From Actinocrinis sp. (GTDB taxonomy: Bacteria > Actinomycetota > Actinomycetes > Streptomycetales > Catenulisporaceae): a DNA stretch of 64,000 nt. A model generated the notes under the pieces. The model was given only the letters and a program-made list of their open reading frames with translations. It made no database searches and was not told where the DNA came from. Below, in pieces: positions 1-10,584 of the stretch. The stretch spans positions 299 through 64,298 of the forward strand of contig NZ_DASRGV010000061.1 in NCBI RefSeq assembly GCF_035650855.1. The letters are read 5' to 3'. The number at the start of each line of letters is the position of its first letter. Positions within the stretch are counted from its first letter, which is position 1. Position numbers and translations under genes: made by a program.

Positions 1-1630
1 CGGCAGCGCGCGCCGTGATGGCGTCGGCGGCGGCGAGAGCGGTCTCGGCGAGCCGGGCGCAGTCGTCGAACGTGTGCATGCTCAGCTGTGAGCCCACTCG
101 GGCGACAGCGGCGCGCGACATTGACAGACTGCTGATTCCGAGGCCGACGAGGACGCAGGCGAGCCACGGATCCGAGGCCGCCTCGCCGCACACGCCGACC
201 GGCTTGCCCGCCGCCTTTCCGGCCCGGGCGCACGACGCGATGAGGTCGAGCAGCGCGGGCTGCCACGGATCGAGCAGATCGGCGAGTTCTCCGCACTGGC
301 GGTCCGCGGCCATCGTGTACTGGCCGAGATCATTGGTACCGATGCTCAGGAAGTCGACGTGATCGAGGATCTGCGCCGCACGCAGCGCGGCCGCCGGGAC
401 TTCGATCATCGCGCCGACCTTCGACAGGCCGTGGGCGCGTACCCGCGCGGCGAAGTCGGCCGCCTCGCGGGCCGTGGAGACCATGGGGGCCATCACCCAC
501 ACGTCGGCATCGGCGGCTGCCGCGGCCTCGGCCACGGCGGCCAGTTGTGTGTCGAGAACTTCGGGGCGGGTGCGCGAGGTTCGCAAGCCCCTGATTCCAA
601 GGGCCGGGTTCGGCTCGTCGGCGAGGGAGAGGAAGGGGAGCGGCTTGTCGGCGCCCGCGTCCAGCGTGCGCAGGACGACGCGGCGGCCGGGCAGGGCGCG
701 AAAGACGCGCGTGTACGCTTCGCGCTGCTCGTCGAGGCCCGGCGCGTCGTGGCGGCCGAGGAAGAGCAGCTCGGTGCGCAGCAGCCCGACGCCCTCGACG
801 TCGGCCGCGGCGTCGGCCGGCAGGTCGTCGGCGGAGCCGATGTTCAGCAGGAGCGGAACGCGGTGGCCGTCGGCGGTGCGACCGGGGCCGGTGAAGGTCT
901 CGGCGCGCGAACGGGCGGCATCGGCGGCGATTTGGGCGACGCGATCGGCCGTGACGCGGAGGGTGACGGCTCCCGTGTCGCCGTCGATGTGAATCAGGGT
1001 TCCGTCTTCGATGGTGAGCGCCTCCTGGCAGGCGACCACGGCGGGCAGGCCGAGGGCGCGGGCGAGGATCGCGGTGTGGCTGGTCGGTCCGCCGCGCGCG
1101 GTCACCAGCCCGAGGACCCGCCGGGGATCGAGGGTGGCGGTGTCGGCCGGGGCGAGGTCCTCGGCGATGAGCACGAACGGACGGCCCGGGTCCGGGATGC
1201 CGGGCATCGGTTCGCCCAGCAGCCAGGCCACCGCGCGGTCGCGCAGGTCTTCGAGGTCCGCGGCGCGTTCGGCGAGGTAGCCGCCGGCGGCGCGCAGGCC
1301 GTCCGCCTGCTCGGTGAACGCGGTGTGCACGGCGTGGGCCGCGTCGAGCCCCGCGCCGATCGCACCGTCGCAGGACTCTGCGAGCATCGGGTCCTTCGCG
1401 ATCAGCGCCTGGGCCTCGAGGATGGCGCGGGCCGCCGGGTCGGCCGCCCGCGTCGCGCGCTCGGCCAGTTCCCGGCCCACCTGGTCGAGCGCGTCGCGGG
1501 CGGCCGCGCGTTCCGCGGCCTGGTCGGTCACCGTGCGGGGTGCCGGCAGTCGCGGGACGCGGCCCATGCGCAGCGCGGGGCCGGCCGCGGCACCCGCGCT
1601 CACACCGAGTCCCCGCAGGACGTCAGCCAT
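1..1630 (-). CDS. ptsI: PTS enzyme I (phosphoenolpyruvate-protein phosphotransferase), 3' end runs off the left edge
   Basis: Read manually on the minus strand from ATG at 1630 (overlaps the HPr stop): MADVLRGLGVSAGAAAGP...YLAERAADLEDL...GGPTSHTAILARALGLPAVV (phospho-His motif), ...GVGLLRTELLFL, ...NPALGIRGLR, ...GAMIEVPAAAL, ...DFLSIGTNDL. Absent from the ORF track because no stop lies in the window. Confidence 0.95.
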   Translation of the reverse strand, partial: MADVLRGLGVSAGAAAGPALRMGRVPRLPAPRTVTDQAAERAAARDALDQVGRELAERATRAADPAARAILEAQALIAKDPMLAESCDGAIGAGLDAAHAVHTAFTEQADGLRAAGGYLAERAADLEDLRDRAVAWLLGEPMPGIPDPGRPFVLIAEDLAPADTATLDPRRVLGLVTARGGPTSHTAILARALGLPAVVACQEALTIEDGTLIHIDGDTGAVTLRVTADRVAQIAADAARSRAETFTGPGRTADGHRVPLLLNIGSADDLPADAAADVEGVGLLRTELLFLGRHDAPGLDEQREAYTRVFRALPGRRVVLRTLDAGADKPLPFLSLADEPNPALGIRGLRTSRTRPEVLDTQLAAVAEAAAAADADVWVMAPMVSTAREAADFAARVRAHGLSKVGAMIEVPAAALRAAQILDHVDFLSIGTNDLGQYTMAADRQCGELADLLDPWQPALLDLIASCARAGKAAGKPVGVCGEAASDPWLACVLVGLGISSLSMSRAAVARVGSQLSMHTFDDCARLAETALAAADAITARAA

Positions 1631-1913
1631 TGGCCGGCTCCGCGTCGAGGTCGCGCGACAGCAGGTCGGCCAGCGTGTTCAGCGCCTCGTGCGCCGCGGG
1701 TCCGTCCTCGGTGCCCGTGCTGAGCGTCACCGCCGTGCCGTGTTCGACGCGCAACGCGAGCACGGCCAGGATGCTGCGCGCGTCGGCGGCCGGGCCGTCT
1801 CCGATCCGCAGCTTGACCGGTACCGGCTGCGCGGCTGCGGCCTTGACGAACATCGCGGCGGGCCTGGCGTGCAATCCGCTGGTGGAGGCGACGGTGACGG
1901 TGCGCTCAGGCAT
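1623..1913 (-). CDS. ptsH: HPr phosphocarrier protein
   Basis: GLHARPAA phospho-His motif and DARSILAVL (Ser46 region); 96 aa; directly upstream of enzyme I. Confidence 0.95.
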   Translation of the reverse strand: MPERTVTVASTSGLHARPAAMFVKAAAAQPVPVKLRIGDGPAADARSILAVLALRVEHGTAVTLSTGTEDGPAAHEALNTLADLLSRDLDAEPANG

Positions 1914-1941
1914 GGACGGTCTCCAATGTGGAATAAGCGGA

Positions 1942-2982
1942 TCAGGGTTCGATGGTGACCTTGATGGCTTCGCCGCGGCTGACGATGTCCAGGGCTTCGA
2001 GGGTGCCGTCGAGCGGCAGCCGGTGCGTGATCAGGTCCTTGACTGGGACGGCGCCGGTGGCGATCAGGCCGAGCGCGCGGGCGTTGTGCTCGGGGCTCGA
2101 ACCGTTCGCGCCAACGATGGTCAGCTCGCGGTAGTGCACCAGGTTCGAGTCCAGCGTGATCGTCGGCGCGTCCTGCGGCAGCCCGCCGAAGAAGCTGATC
2201 CGGCCCTGCCGTGCGGTGTACCGCAGTGCCTGCTCCTGTGCCTTCCCGGAAGCGGCGGCCGTGATCACCACGTCGGCGCCGCGGCCGTCGGTCAGCTTGA
2301 GGATCTGCTCGGCGATGTCGCCGTCCTCAGGGGAGAGCGCCTCGTCCGGGGCGACCAGGGCCGCGGCGCGCTCCAGCCGCTCGCGGTTGAGTTCGACCAG
2401 GAACACGCGCGCCGCGCCGCGTGAGCGGGCCAGGCGCACATGCAGGCAGCCGATCGGCCCGGACCCGACCACCACCACGTCGTCGCCCGCGCCGACCCGC
2501 GCGAGTTCCTGGCCGTTGAGCACGCAGGCCAGCGGCTCGGCTACGGACGCCTCGTCGAAGCCCACGCCCTGCGGAATCGGGTTGAGCCCGCCGACCGCGA
2601 GCACCTTCGCCGGGACGATCATGTACTCGGCGAAACCGCCGTCGTACTGGTACCCCATCGACTCCTGATTCGGGCAGACGGTCATCCGGTCGTGCCGGCA
2701 CTCCGCGCACTGCCCGCACGGGATCGCCGCGATCACCTGGGCCCGGTCGCCTGCGGACCATCCGCCGACGCCCGCGCCCACCTGCACCACCTCGCCGGCG
2801 ATCTCGTGGCCCATGACCCGCGGCGGGTCGATGCGGTGGTGCCCGTAGCGGTAGATCTTCAGGTCGGTGCCGCAGGTGGAGCAGTTCCGCACCCTGATCT
2901 TCACCTCCCCGGGTCCGGCCTCGGGTTCCGGCGCCTCCTCGACGCGCACGTCCCCGGGGGCGTAGAAGCGGGTGACCTTCAT
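1942..2982 (-). CDS. Zn-dependent medium-chain dehydrogenase (sorbitol/polyol(-phosphate) dehydrogenase-like)
   Basis: CGTD, GHE, structural-Zn CGQCAECRHDRMTVC and GSGPIG motifs; ATG at 2982 has GGAAGG upstream. Confidence 0.9.
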   Translation of the reverse strand: MKVTRFYAPGDVRVEEAPEPEAGPGEVKIRVRNCSTCGTDLKIYRYGHHRIDPPRVMGHEIAGEVVQVGAGVGGWSAGDRAQVIAAIPCGQCAECRHDRMTVCPNQESMGYQYDGGFAEYMIVPAKVLAVGGLNPIPQGVGFDEASVAEPLACVLNGQELARVGAGDDVVVVGSGPIGCLHVRLARSRGAARVFLVELNRERLERAAALVAPDEALSPEDGDIAEQILKLTDGRGADVVITAAASGKAQEQALRYTARQGRISFFGGLPQDAPTITLDSNLVHYRELTIVGANGSSPEHNARALGLIATGAVPVKDLITHRLPLDGTLEALDIVSRGEAIKVTIEP

Positions 2983-3013
2983 GAGCAAACCTTCCGGTTC
3001 AGGGAGAGCTGTG

Positions 3014-3478
3014 TCAGGAGGCTGCGGTCGGTTGGAGCAGCCGGACGACTTCGTCAGGGTCCCGCGCCTCGCGCAGGTCGCGGGCGCGGTCGGGGTCGAG
3101 CAGGATCTCGGCGAGCTCGGAGAGGATCGCCAGGTGGCCGTCTCCGCGCGCCGCGATCGCGACGCACACGCTCACCGGGTTGCCGTCCCAGTCCACCGGT
3201 TCGGCGAGCTTGACCACGGCGAGCGCGTCGCGCAGCACGGCCTGCTTGCCGGCGAGGGTCGCGTGCGGGATGGCCACGCCCTCGCCGACGTAGGTCGGGA
3301 TGTCGCGTTCGCGTTCGAGCATCGCGTCGATGTACGCGGGCTCGACCGCGCCGATCTCGACCAGGACCGCGCCGCAGCGGCGCACGGCGTCGGTCCGGTC
3401 GGCCGCGCTCTCGTTCAGCCGGACAGCGTCCGTGCGCAGCAGGCCGGTCATCGCGGCGTCCGGCGGCGTGTCAGACAT
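3014..3478 (-). CDS. PTS EIIA component (mannitol/fructose family)
   Basis: TYVGEGVAIPHAT phospho-His motif; HLAILSELA C-terminal motif. Confidence 0.92.
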   Translation of the reverse strand: MSDTPPDAAMTGLLRTDAVRLNESAADRTDAVRRCGAVLVEIGAVEPAYIDAMLERERDIPTYVGEGVAIPHATLAGKQAVLRDALAVVKLAEPVDWDGNPVSVCVAIAARGDGHLAILSELAEILLDPDRARDLREARDPDEVVRLLQPTAAS

Positions 3479-3779
3479 TGATGACGCCGCCTTCCTTGAT
3501 GGCCTTGAGGATCGCCTCCACGGCCGGGTCGCCGAGGAAGATCTGGAACGGGATCACCGGCTTGCTGCCGGCCGCGGCCTTGGCCCGTTCGGCCAGCCCG
3601 GCGTGGCAGACCACCAGGTCCGCGTCCGCCGGGATCTGGCTGACCGGGGAGTGCTCGACGGTGACCGGGTACTTCTTCAGGGACTTGCGAAGCTGCGCGG
3701 CCAGCATCACGCTGCTGCCCATCCCGGCGTCGCAGGCCACGATGATCTTGTGCACGTCGGCAGCGCTGATCGCGGTCAT
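3471..3779 (-). CDS. PTS EIIB component (mannitol-type)
   Basis: IIVACDAGMGSS phospho-Cys loop; located between EIIC and EIIA. Confidence 0.92.
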   Translation of the reverse strand: MTAISAADVHKIIVACDAGMGSSVMLAAQLRKSLKKYPVTVEHSPVSQIPADADLVVCHAGLAERAKAAAGSKPVIPFQIFLGDPAVEAILKAIKEGGVINV

Positions 3780-3782
3780 CGG

Positions 3783-4955
3783 TCACGCCTCCCCGGCCGC
3801 GACGTCGCGGGCCAGGACCGCGTCGGCGGGACGTTCCTGCGGGACGGTGCCAGGGGTCTGTGTCTCGCTGGACTGGACAGCCCCGGGCGTCTCCACGTCC
3901 TGCGGCTTCTCGCCGCGGCCGAAGCCGAGCAGCACCGAGGCGACCGCGAAGGACACGGCTGCCGCGATCAGCACGCCCGCGAACACCGGGAAGTAGCCGC
4001 CGCGCGGGGTCTCCGCCGCGTAGGCGAAGATGCTGCCGGGGGAGGGGGAGGCGACCAGGCCCGCGCCGGTGGCCTCGAACCAGCCGATGCCCGCCATGCC
4101 GCCGGCGATGGTGGCCAGGATCAGGCGCGGCTTCATCAGGATGTACGGGAAGTAGATCTCGTGGATCCCGCCGAGGAACTGGATGATGATCGCGCCGGGC
4201 ACGCTCGGGCGCAGCCTGCGCGGGCCGAACAGCAGGTAGGCGACCAGGATGCCGAGGCCGGGGCCGGGGTTGCTCTCCAGCATGAACAGGATCGACTTGC
4301 CGCTGTGCAGCGCCTGGGTCACGCCCAGCGGGTCGAGCACGCCGTGGTTGATGGCGTTGTTGAGGAACAGCACCTTCGCCGGTTCGATCACGACCGAGGC
4401 CAGCGGCAGCAGGTGGTGGTTGACCAGCGACTGCACGCCGTTGCCGGCCCAGGTGGTCACATGGTTGACCACCGGTCCGATGCCCCAGACGCCGAGCAGG
4501 GCGAACGCGCCGCCGATGATGCCGAGGGAGAAGTTGTCCACCAGCATCTCGAAGCCCGTACGCACCCGGTCCTCGATCAGCCGGTCGAACTGCTTGAGCA
4601 CGTACGCGGCCAGCGGCCCGGCGATCATCGCGCCGAGGAACATCGGCACGCTGGAGCCGACCACGACGCCCGCGGTGGCTATCGCGCCGACCACCGCGCC
4701 GCGCTGGCCGTGGATGGCCCGGCCGCCGGTGTAGCCGATCAGGATCGGCAGCAGGTAGGTGATCATCGGGCCGACGAGTGCGCCGAACCGGGCGTTCGGC
4801 AGCCAGCCGGTCGGGATGAACAGGGCGGTGATCAGGCCCCAGGCGATGAACGCGCCGATGTTCGGCATCACCATCGAGGCGAGGAAGCTGCCGAAACGCT
4901 GCACTGACGCGCGCAGCCCGGTGCCGGTGGGCTGCGGGGTGTAAGCCATGGCCAT
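3783..4955 (-). CDS. mtlA: PTS mannitol-family EIIC permease
   Basis: SMVMPNIGAFIAWGLITALFIPTGWLPN, FLNNAINHG, ESNPGPG and GGIHEIYFPY are hallmark MtlA EIIC motifs; RBS AAGGAGG. Confidence 0.9.
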   Translation of the reverse strand: MAMAYTPQPTGTGLRASVQRFGSFLASMVMPNIGAFIAWGLITALFIPTGWLPNARFGALVGPMITYLLPILIGYTGGRAIHGQRGAVVGAIATAGVVVGSSVPMFLGAMIAGPLAAYVLKQFDRLIEDRVRTGFEMLVDNFSLGIIGGAFALLGVWGIGPVVNHVTTWAGNGVQSLVNHHLLPLASVVIEPAKVLFLNNAINHGVLDPLGVTQALHSGKSILFMLESNPGPGLGILVAYLLFGPRRLRPSVPGAIIIQFLGGIHEIYFPYILMKPRLILATIAGGMAGIGWFEATGAGLVASPSPGSIFAYAAETPRGGYFPVFAGVLIAAAVSFAVASVLLGFGRGEKPQDVETPGAVQSSETQTPGTVPQERPADAVLARDVAAGEA

Positions 4956-5020
4956 GTCGTCGTCCTCCTTGACAGACGGCCTTCAGTCGTGGGTGTCGAG
5001 CCTCGCGGAATGTGGAGCGG

Positions 5021-5056
5021 GAGGTGAGTGAGGTGAGTGACGTGAGTGACGTGAGC
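5021..5056. repeat. Four tandem 9-bp repeats GA(G/C)GTGAG(T/C)
   Basis: GAGGTGAGT GAGGTGAGT GACGTGAGT GACGTGAGC in the gap between the kinase gene and mtlA. Confidence 0.85.
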
Positions 5057-5118
5057 AGTGCGAGTAAGTAGCCTGACTTGAGTTGGAATCCGGTTCGAGT
5101 CAGGGCGGTGATGTCGGA

Positions 5119-6057
5119 CTACGAGACCGGAAGGCCCGGTTCTCGGGTGAGGTCGATGACGACGATGCCTTCGCGGCGGATGTCCGCGGGGCCGGGCATC
5201 CGGCTGCCGGGCAAGCCGACCGCCGCTCCGCCCCAGGCCACCGCCTCGGTCAGCGCCTTCTCGCCGCGCGCGCCGCCGGCCAGGAACCCCGCCAGCAGCG
5301 CGTCGCCCGCGCCGACCGTGCTGCGCGGTTCGATCTGCGTGCCTTGGGCCAGCAGCACGCCGTCGTCGTCGACGAGCAGCGCGCCGTCCGCGCCCAGGCT
5401 GGCCAGGACCGCGCCGGCGCCGCGCTCGCGCAGCGTCTGCGCGGCCTCGACGACGTCGCCGAGTTCGGTCAGCGGCGCGCCGACCGCCTCGGCCAGCTCG
5501 TCCCGGTTCGGCTTGACCAGATCGGGTCCGGCCGCGACGGCGGAAAGCAGCGCCGGGCCGCTGGTGTCCACGGCGACGCGGATTCCGGCCGCCGCGAACT
5601 GCGCGGTGAGGCCGGCGTACACGTCGACCGGCACGTCCGGCGGCAGGCTGCCGCACATCACGACCCAGTCGGCGGTGCCCGCGCTGCCGAGCACCGCGGC
5701 GGCGACCGCGTCGAACTCGGCCGCGGTCAGCGGCGCGCCCGGCTCGTTCACCTTGGTGACCGCGCCGTCCGCCTCGACCAGCGTGACGTTGGACCGGGTG
5801 CGGCTGGCGATCGCAACGGCGACCGTGTGCACCGATTCCTCGGCCAGCAGCAGCACCAGCTGCTCGCCCTCGGCCCCGCCGCACGGGATCACCGCGCGCG
5901 AGCCGACGCCGTTGGCCAGCAGCGCCCGCGCCACGTTCACGCCCTTGCCGCCCGGATCCAGGTGCACCGAGGCGGCGCGCAGCACCTCGCCGCGGCGCAG
6001 CGCGTCCACCTCCAGGGTGCGGTCCAGGCTCGGGTTGAGGGTGAGCGTGACGATCAT
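5119..6057 (-). CDS. 1-phosphofructokinase-family (PfkB) hexose kinase
   Basis: MIVTLTLNPSLD, GGKGVNVA, VKPNRDEL and STVGAGDALLAG motifs; ATG overlaps the DeoR stop (ATGA). The ORF track's longer N-terminus is spurious. Confidence 0.93.
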   Translation of the reverse strand: MIVTLTLNPSLDRTLEVDALRRGEVLRAASVHLDPGGKGVNVARALLANGVGSRAVIPCGGAEGEQLVLLLAEESVHTVAVAIASRTRSNVTLVEADGAVTKVNEPGAPLTAAEFDAVAAAVLGSAGTADWVVMCGSLPPDVPVDVYAGLTAQFAAAGIRVAVDTSGPALLSAVAAGPDLVKPNRDELAEAVGAPLTELGDVVEAAQTLRERGAGAVLASLGADGALLVDDDGVLLAQGTQIEPRSTVGAGDALLAGFLAGGARGEKALTEAVAWGGAAVGLPGSRMPGPADIRREGIVVIDLTREPGLPVS

Positions 6058-6815
6058 GCCCGCACCACCCGCACGCCGCACTGCTCGAACTCGCCGGCCG
6101 TCTCGTCGTCGAGCCCCGAGTCGGTGATCAGCGCGTCGAGGTCGGCCAGGCCGGCGAACCTGGCCAGGCAGTCGTTGCCGAACTTGGTGTGGTCGGCGAG
6201 CAGGACGGTGCGCCGCGCCGCGCCGATCATCGCGCGCTTGACCGCGGCCTCGGCCAGGTCCGGGGTGGTCAGGCCGTGCGCCGTGGAGACCCCGTTGGTG
6301 GCCATGAACGCCACGTCCACGCACAGCTGCGAGAGCGGCGCGAGCGACCACTCGTCGACGGTGGCGAGCGTGCGCCCGCGCACCCGGCCGCCGAGCAGCA
6401 GGACGGTGAGGTTGGCCCGGGTGGCCAGGCTGGTGGCCAGCGCCGGGGAGTTGACCACGACGGTCAGCTCCCGGTCGGCCGGCAGCGCCTCGACCAGGCG
6501 GCCGGTGGTGGTGCCCGCGTCGATGATGACCGAGCCCTCCTGCGGCAGTTCCGCCAGCGCGGCCTTCGCGATGCGCTCCTTCTCCGCCGTCATCACCGCG
6601 TCGCGGGTGGCGACCGCGGGCTCGAAGCCCAGGCGCTCGACCGGGATCGCCCCGCCGTGCACCCGGCGCACCACTCCGGCGCGTTCGAGCACGGTCAGGT
6701 CGCGCCGCACCGTCTCAGTGGTCACCGCGAGCTCGTTGGCCAGCCCGACGACGTCGACCCGGCCGTGGGCGCGGGCCTTCGCCAGGATGGCCTGCTGGCG
6801 CTCCTCGGCGTACAT
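6054..6815 (-). CDS. DeoR/GlpR-family transcriptional regulator (FruR-like)
   Basis: N-terminal HTH VTTETVRRDL, HGGA, IIDAGTT, LLGG and DHTKFG; first gene of the PTS operon. Confidence 0.93.
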   Translation of the reverse strand: MYAEERQQAILAKARAHGRVDVVGLANELAVTTETVRRDLTVLERAGVVRRVHGGAIPVERLGFEPAVATRDAVMTAEKERIAKAALAELPQEGSVIIDAGTTTGRLVEALPADRELTVVVNSPALATSLATRANLTVLLLGGRVRGRTLATVDEWSLAPLSQLCVDVAFMATNGVSTAHGLTTPDLAEAAVKRAMIGAARRTVLLADHTKFGNDCLARFAGLADLDALITDSGLDDETAGEFEQCGVRVVRA

Positions 6816-6931
6816 GATGTTGGTTCACCGCCAATCAATGTTGTCTTTGCATTGTTTACACCCGAGTCTGTGGCTCGTCAATGGTTGGCTTCGCGAGTGA
6901 GCAGCGAGGCTGCCCGGATCGAAACCAACAC
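6816..6931 (-). promoter_or_regulatory. AT-rich promoter of the PTS operon with repeated CAAC(A/C) motifs (candidate DeoR operators)
   Basis: Minus strand TTGACG-N17-TAAACA; copies CCAACCATT, ACAACATT, CCAACATC, plus an inverted GTGTTGG near 6925-6931. Confidence 0.45.
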
Positions 6932-6965
6932 AAACGAAGAAGCGGACATGGCGGCGGACAGAGCA

Positions 6966-6998
6966 GCGGGCGGGAGACTGGACCAGTCTCCCGCCCGC
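6966..6998. terminator. Hairpin downstream of the ALDH-DUF779 unit
   Basis: GCGGGCGGGAGACTGG-A-CCAGTCTCCCGCCCGC, a perfect 16-bp inverted repeat. Confidence 0.8.
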
Positions 6999-7021
6999 GG
7001 CGTGTGTACCTGAGTGTGCCC

Positions 7022-7402
7022 TCAGTGCCCTGTCTTGTTGAGTACCTCGTCCTCCTCGTCGGTCAGCAGCCGCGAGCGGGTCAGGAATCTAACTCCCTCC
7101 GGTGCTTCCAGGGAGAATCCACTGCCTCGACCGGGGACCACGTCGACCGTCAGGTGCGTGTGCCGCCACAGCTCGAACTGCGCGGCTGACATCCAGAAGC
7201 CGATGGGTTCAGGCACGCCCTCGACCTGCAACTCGGCGAGTAACGCATCCGAGGCTCCGGTACGGAACTCGCCTTGCGGAAAACACATCGGGGCACTGCC
7301 ATCGCAGCAGCCTCCTGACTGGTGGAACATCAGCGGACCGTGGGCCGCGCGCAGATCCCGCAGGATCCGCGCGGCGGCCTCGGTCACGTCCACCCGCGCC
7401 AT
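7022..7402 (-). CDS. DUF779 family protein
   Basis: HGPLMFHQSGGCCDGSAPMC and GRGSGFSLEAPEGVRF motifs; this family typically follows aldehyde dehydrogenases. Confidence 0.9.
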   Translation of the reverse strand: MARVDVTEAAARILRDLRAAHGPLMFHQSGGCCDGSAPMCFPQGEFRTGASDALLAELQVEGVPEPIGFWMSAAQFELWRHTHLTVDVVPGRGSGFSLEAPEGVRFLTRSRLLTDEEDEVLNKTGH

Positions 7403-7445
7403 CGCGGGCTCGCTCGACCGCCCACTCGAGTTCACGGCGCGCGGC

Positions 7446-8969
<1,524 letters not shown>

Positions 8970-9040
8970 CGCACTGCCTTCCGCACCTTCGCCGCCCGCT
9001 CCCGCGCGGGCGAACACATGTCGGCACGTTAAGTTCGGCT

Positions 9041-9059
9041 ACGTTGCAACCACGTTGCA
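9041..9059 (-). promoter_or_regulatory. Direct repeat TGCAACGT-N3-TGCAACGT upstream of the aldehyde dehydrogenase
   Basis: Plus strand ACGTTGCA at 9041 and 9052 (11-bp period), between the GAF regulator and the ALDH start. Confidence 0.6.
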
Positions 9060-9105
9060 TGCTGCGCCCGGCCTCTGAGCCCGGCTTCCGCAGTCGGCGG
9101 ATGCG

Positions 9106-10413
9106 TCACCAGGAGTCGTTGCCGCTCCTGGGCAGCACCGGCAATCCGTACTCACGTCGCAGCTGCCCGACCCGTACGGCCGCCATCGCGCGTCGCGGCG
9201 AGGACTCAGGCAGCGAAGCCAGCAGCGCCTCCCAGGCCTGAAGGTCCTCGTCGCCCCAGGCGGTTCGCGTCCATGTGTCGAGCAGGCCGGGATCGCGGCG
9301 GGTCAGCAGCGCGGCGCGCATTTGGTTGGCGAGACGGTCACGCATCCGCGCGACACCGGGTGCGTCAGATTCGGGCAGCAACGGACCGCGATACGCACGC
9401 GCGGCTTCTGAGACCGCGCCGAGCTCCAGCGCTTGAGCCACCTCGAGGAAGTCTGCTTCGACCGGGACGCGCAGCCGGTACGGCCGCGAGTCGAGCAGCT
9501 TCGGGCCGAGCAGATGCCGCAGCCGCGAGAGTTCGGCCCGCAGCGTGACCGGATTGACCGTGCGCTCGCCGTACAGCTCCAGGCAGAGCTGATCGCCCGT
9601 CAGCCCGTCGCCGTGGCGGGCCAGCAGCACGACGATCTCGCTGTGCCTGCGGCCGAGCCGCAGCGACTGCGGACCGAAGTTCAGCAGCGCCTCGTCCCGG
9701 CCGAGCGCCTGAAGGGCCGCGGTTCCGACGGTCCCGAGCACCGGACCCAGCGGCGGCAGCGAGCCGGCCAGGTGTGCTTCCGCGGCGCGCGCCGTGGCCT
9801 GGACCAGCGCGAGGCTCTGCGGGCTGGCCAGATGATCGCCGCCGGTGATGTCCACCGCGCCGAGCAGGACGCCGGTGCGCGGGTCGTGGATCGGCGCCGC
9901 CGCGCAGGTCCACGGCTGAACCAGGCTGCTGTAATGCTCGGCGGCGAAGATCTGCACCGCGTGGTCGACGGCGGTCGCGACGCCGGGGGCGTTGGTCCCG
10001 GCGTGCCCCTCGTCCCAGCTGGCACCGGGCACGAAGTTCATCGCCTCGGCCTTGCGCAGCACTCCGGCGTGCCCTTCCACCCACAGCAGCCGGCCGACGG
10101 CGTCGCAGACCGCGAGGACGTGCTCGCCGTCGTCGGCGACCGCGCCGAGCAGGTCGCGCAGCAACGGCATCACCGTGGCCAGCGGATGCGAACGCCGGTA
10201 CTCCTCCAGCGCCTCGTCCACCAGATCGACGGGGGCCAGGGCGTCCGGCGGCACCTGCGCGCCGGCCGATCTGCGCCAGGAATCGGCGACCACGGGGCGC
10301 ACCGGACCCGCGATCGACGAGCCCGTCACGAACGCCTCGTGCGCTCTGCGCAGCTGCCCGGCCCGCCGTCGCGGGTCGGCGCCGATCTCCAATGCCAGCC
10401 AGGGATTGCCCAC
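9106..10413 (-). CDS. GAF-domain transcriptional regulator (AcoR/AcxR-like N-terminus, C-terminal HTH)
   Basis: VADSWRRS, W.EGHAGTNAPG, WTCAAAPIHDP GAF motifs; C-terminal TLRAELSRLR...SRPYRL. Confidence 0.88.
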   Translation of the reverse strand: MGNPWLALEIGADPRRRAGQLRRAHEAFVTGSSIAGPVRPVVADSWRRSAGAQVPPDALAPVDLVDEALEEYRRSHPLATVMPLLRDLLGAVADDGEHVLAVCDAVGRLLWVEGHAGVLRKAEAMNFVPGASWDEGHAGTNAPGVATAVDHAVQIFAAEHYSSLVQPWTCAAAPIHDPRTGVLLGAVDITGGDHLASPQSLALVQATARAAEAHLAGSLPPLGPVLGTVGTAALQALGRDEALLNFGPQSLRLGRRHSEIVVLLARHGDGLTGDQLCLELYGERTVNPVTLRAELSRLRHLLGPKLLDSRPYRLRVPVEADFLEVAQALELGAVSEAARAYRGPLLPESDAPGVARMRDRLANQMRAALLTRRDPGLLDTWTRTAWGDEDLQAWEALLASLPESSPRRAMAAVRVGQLRREYGLPVLPRSGNDSW

Positions 10414-10584
10414 CAGCGCTCCTCCATGGCGAGGGCCGTTCCCGACGCCATCGTCACCTATCCTGCACGGTAAGGCAACGGAGCGTGCCGGACTTGGGCA
10501 GACTGGTGCCGCGATTCACTCTTGCGGGACAAGGGAATTCGGCGCACTCAGATATACGTGGGCTGACTCGTTCGGCCGTGGACG

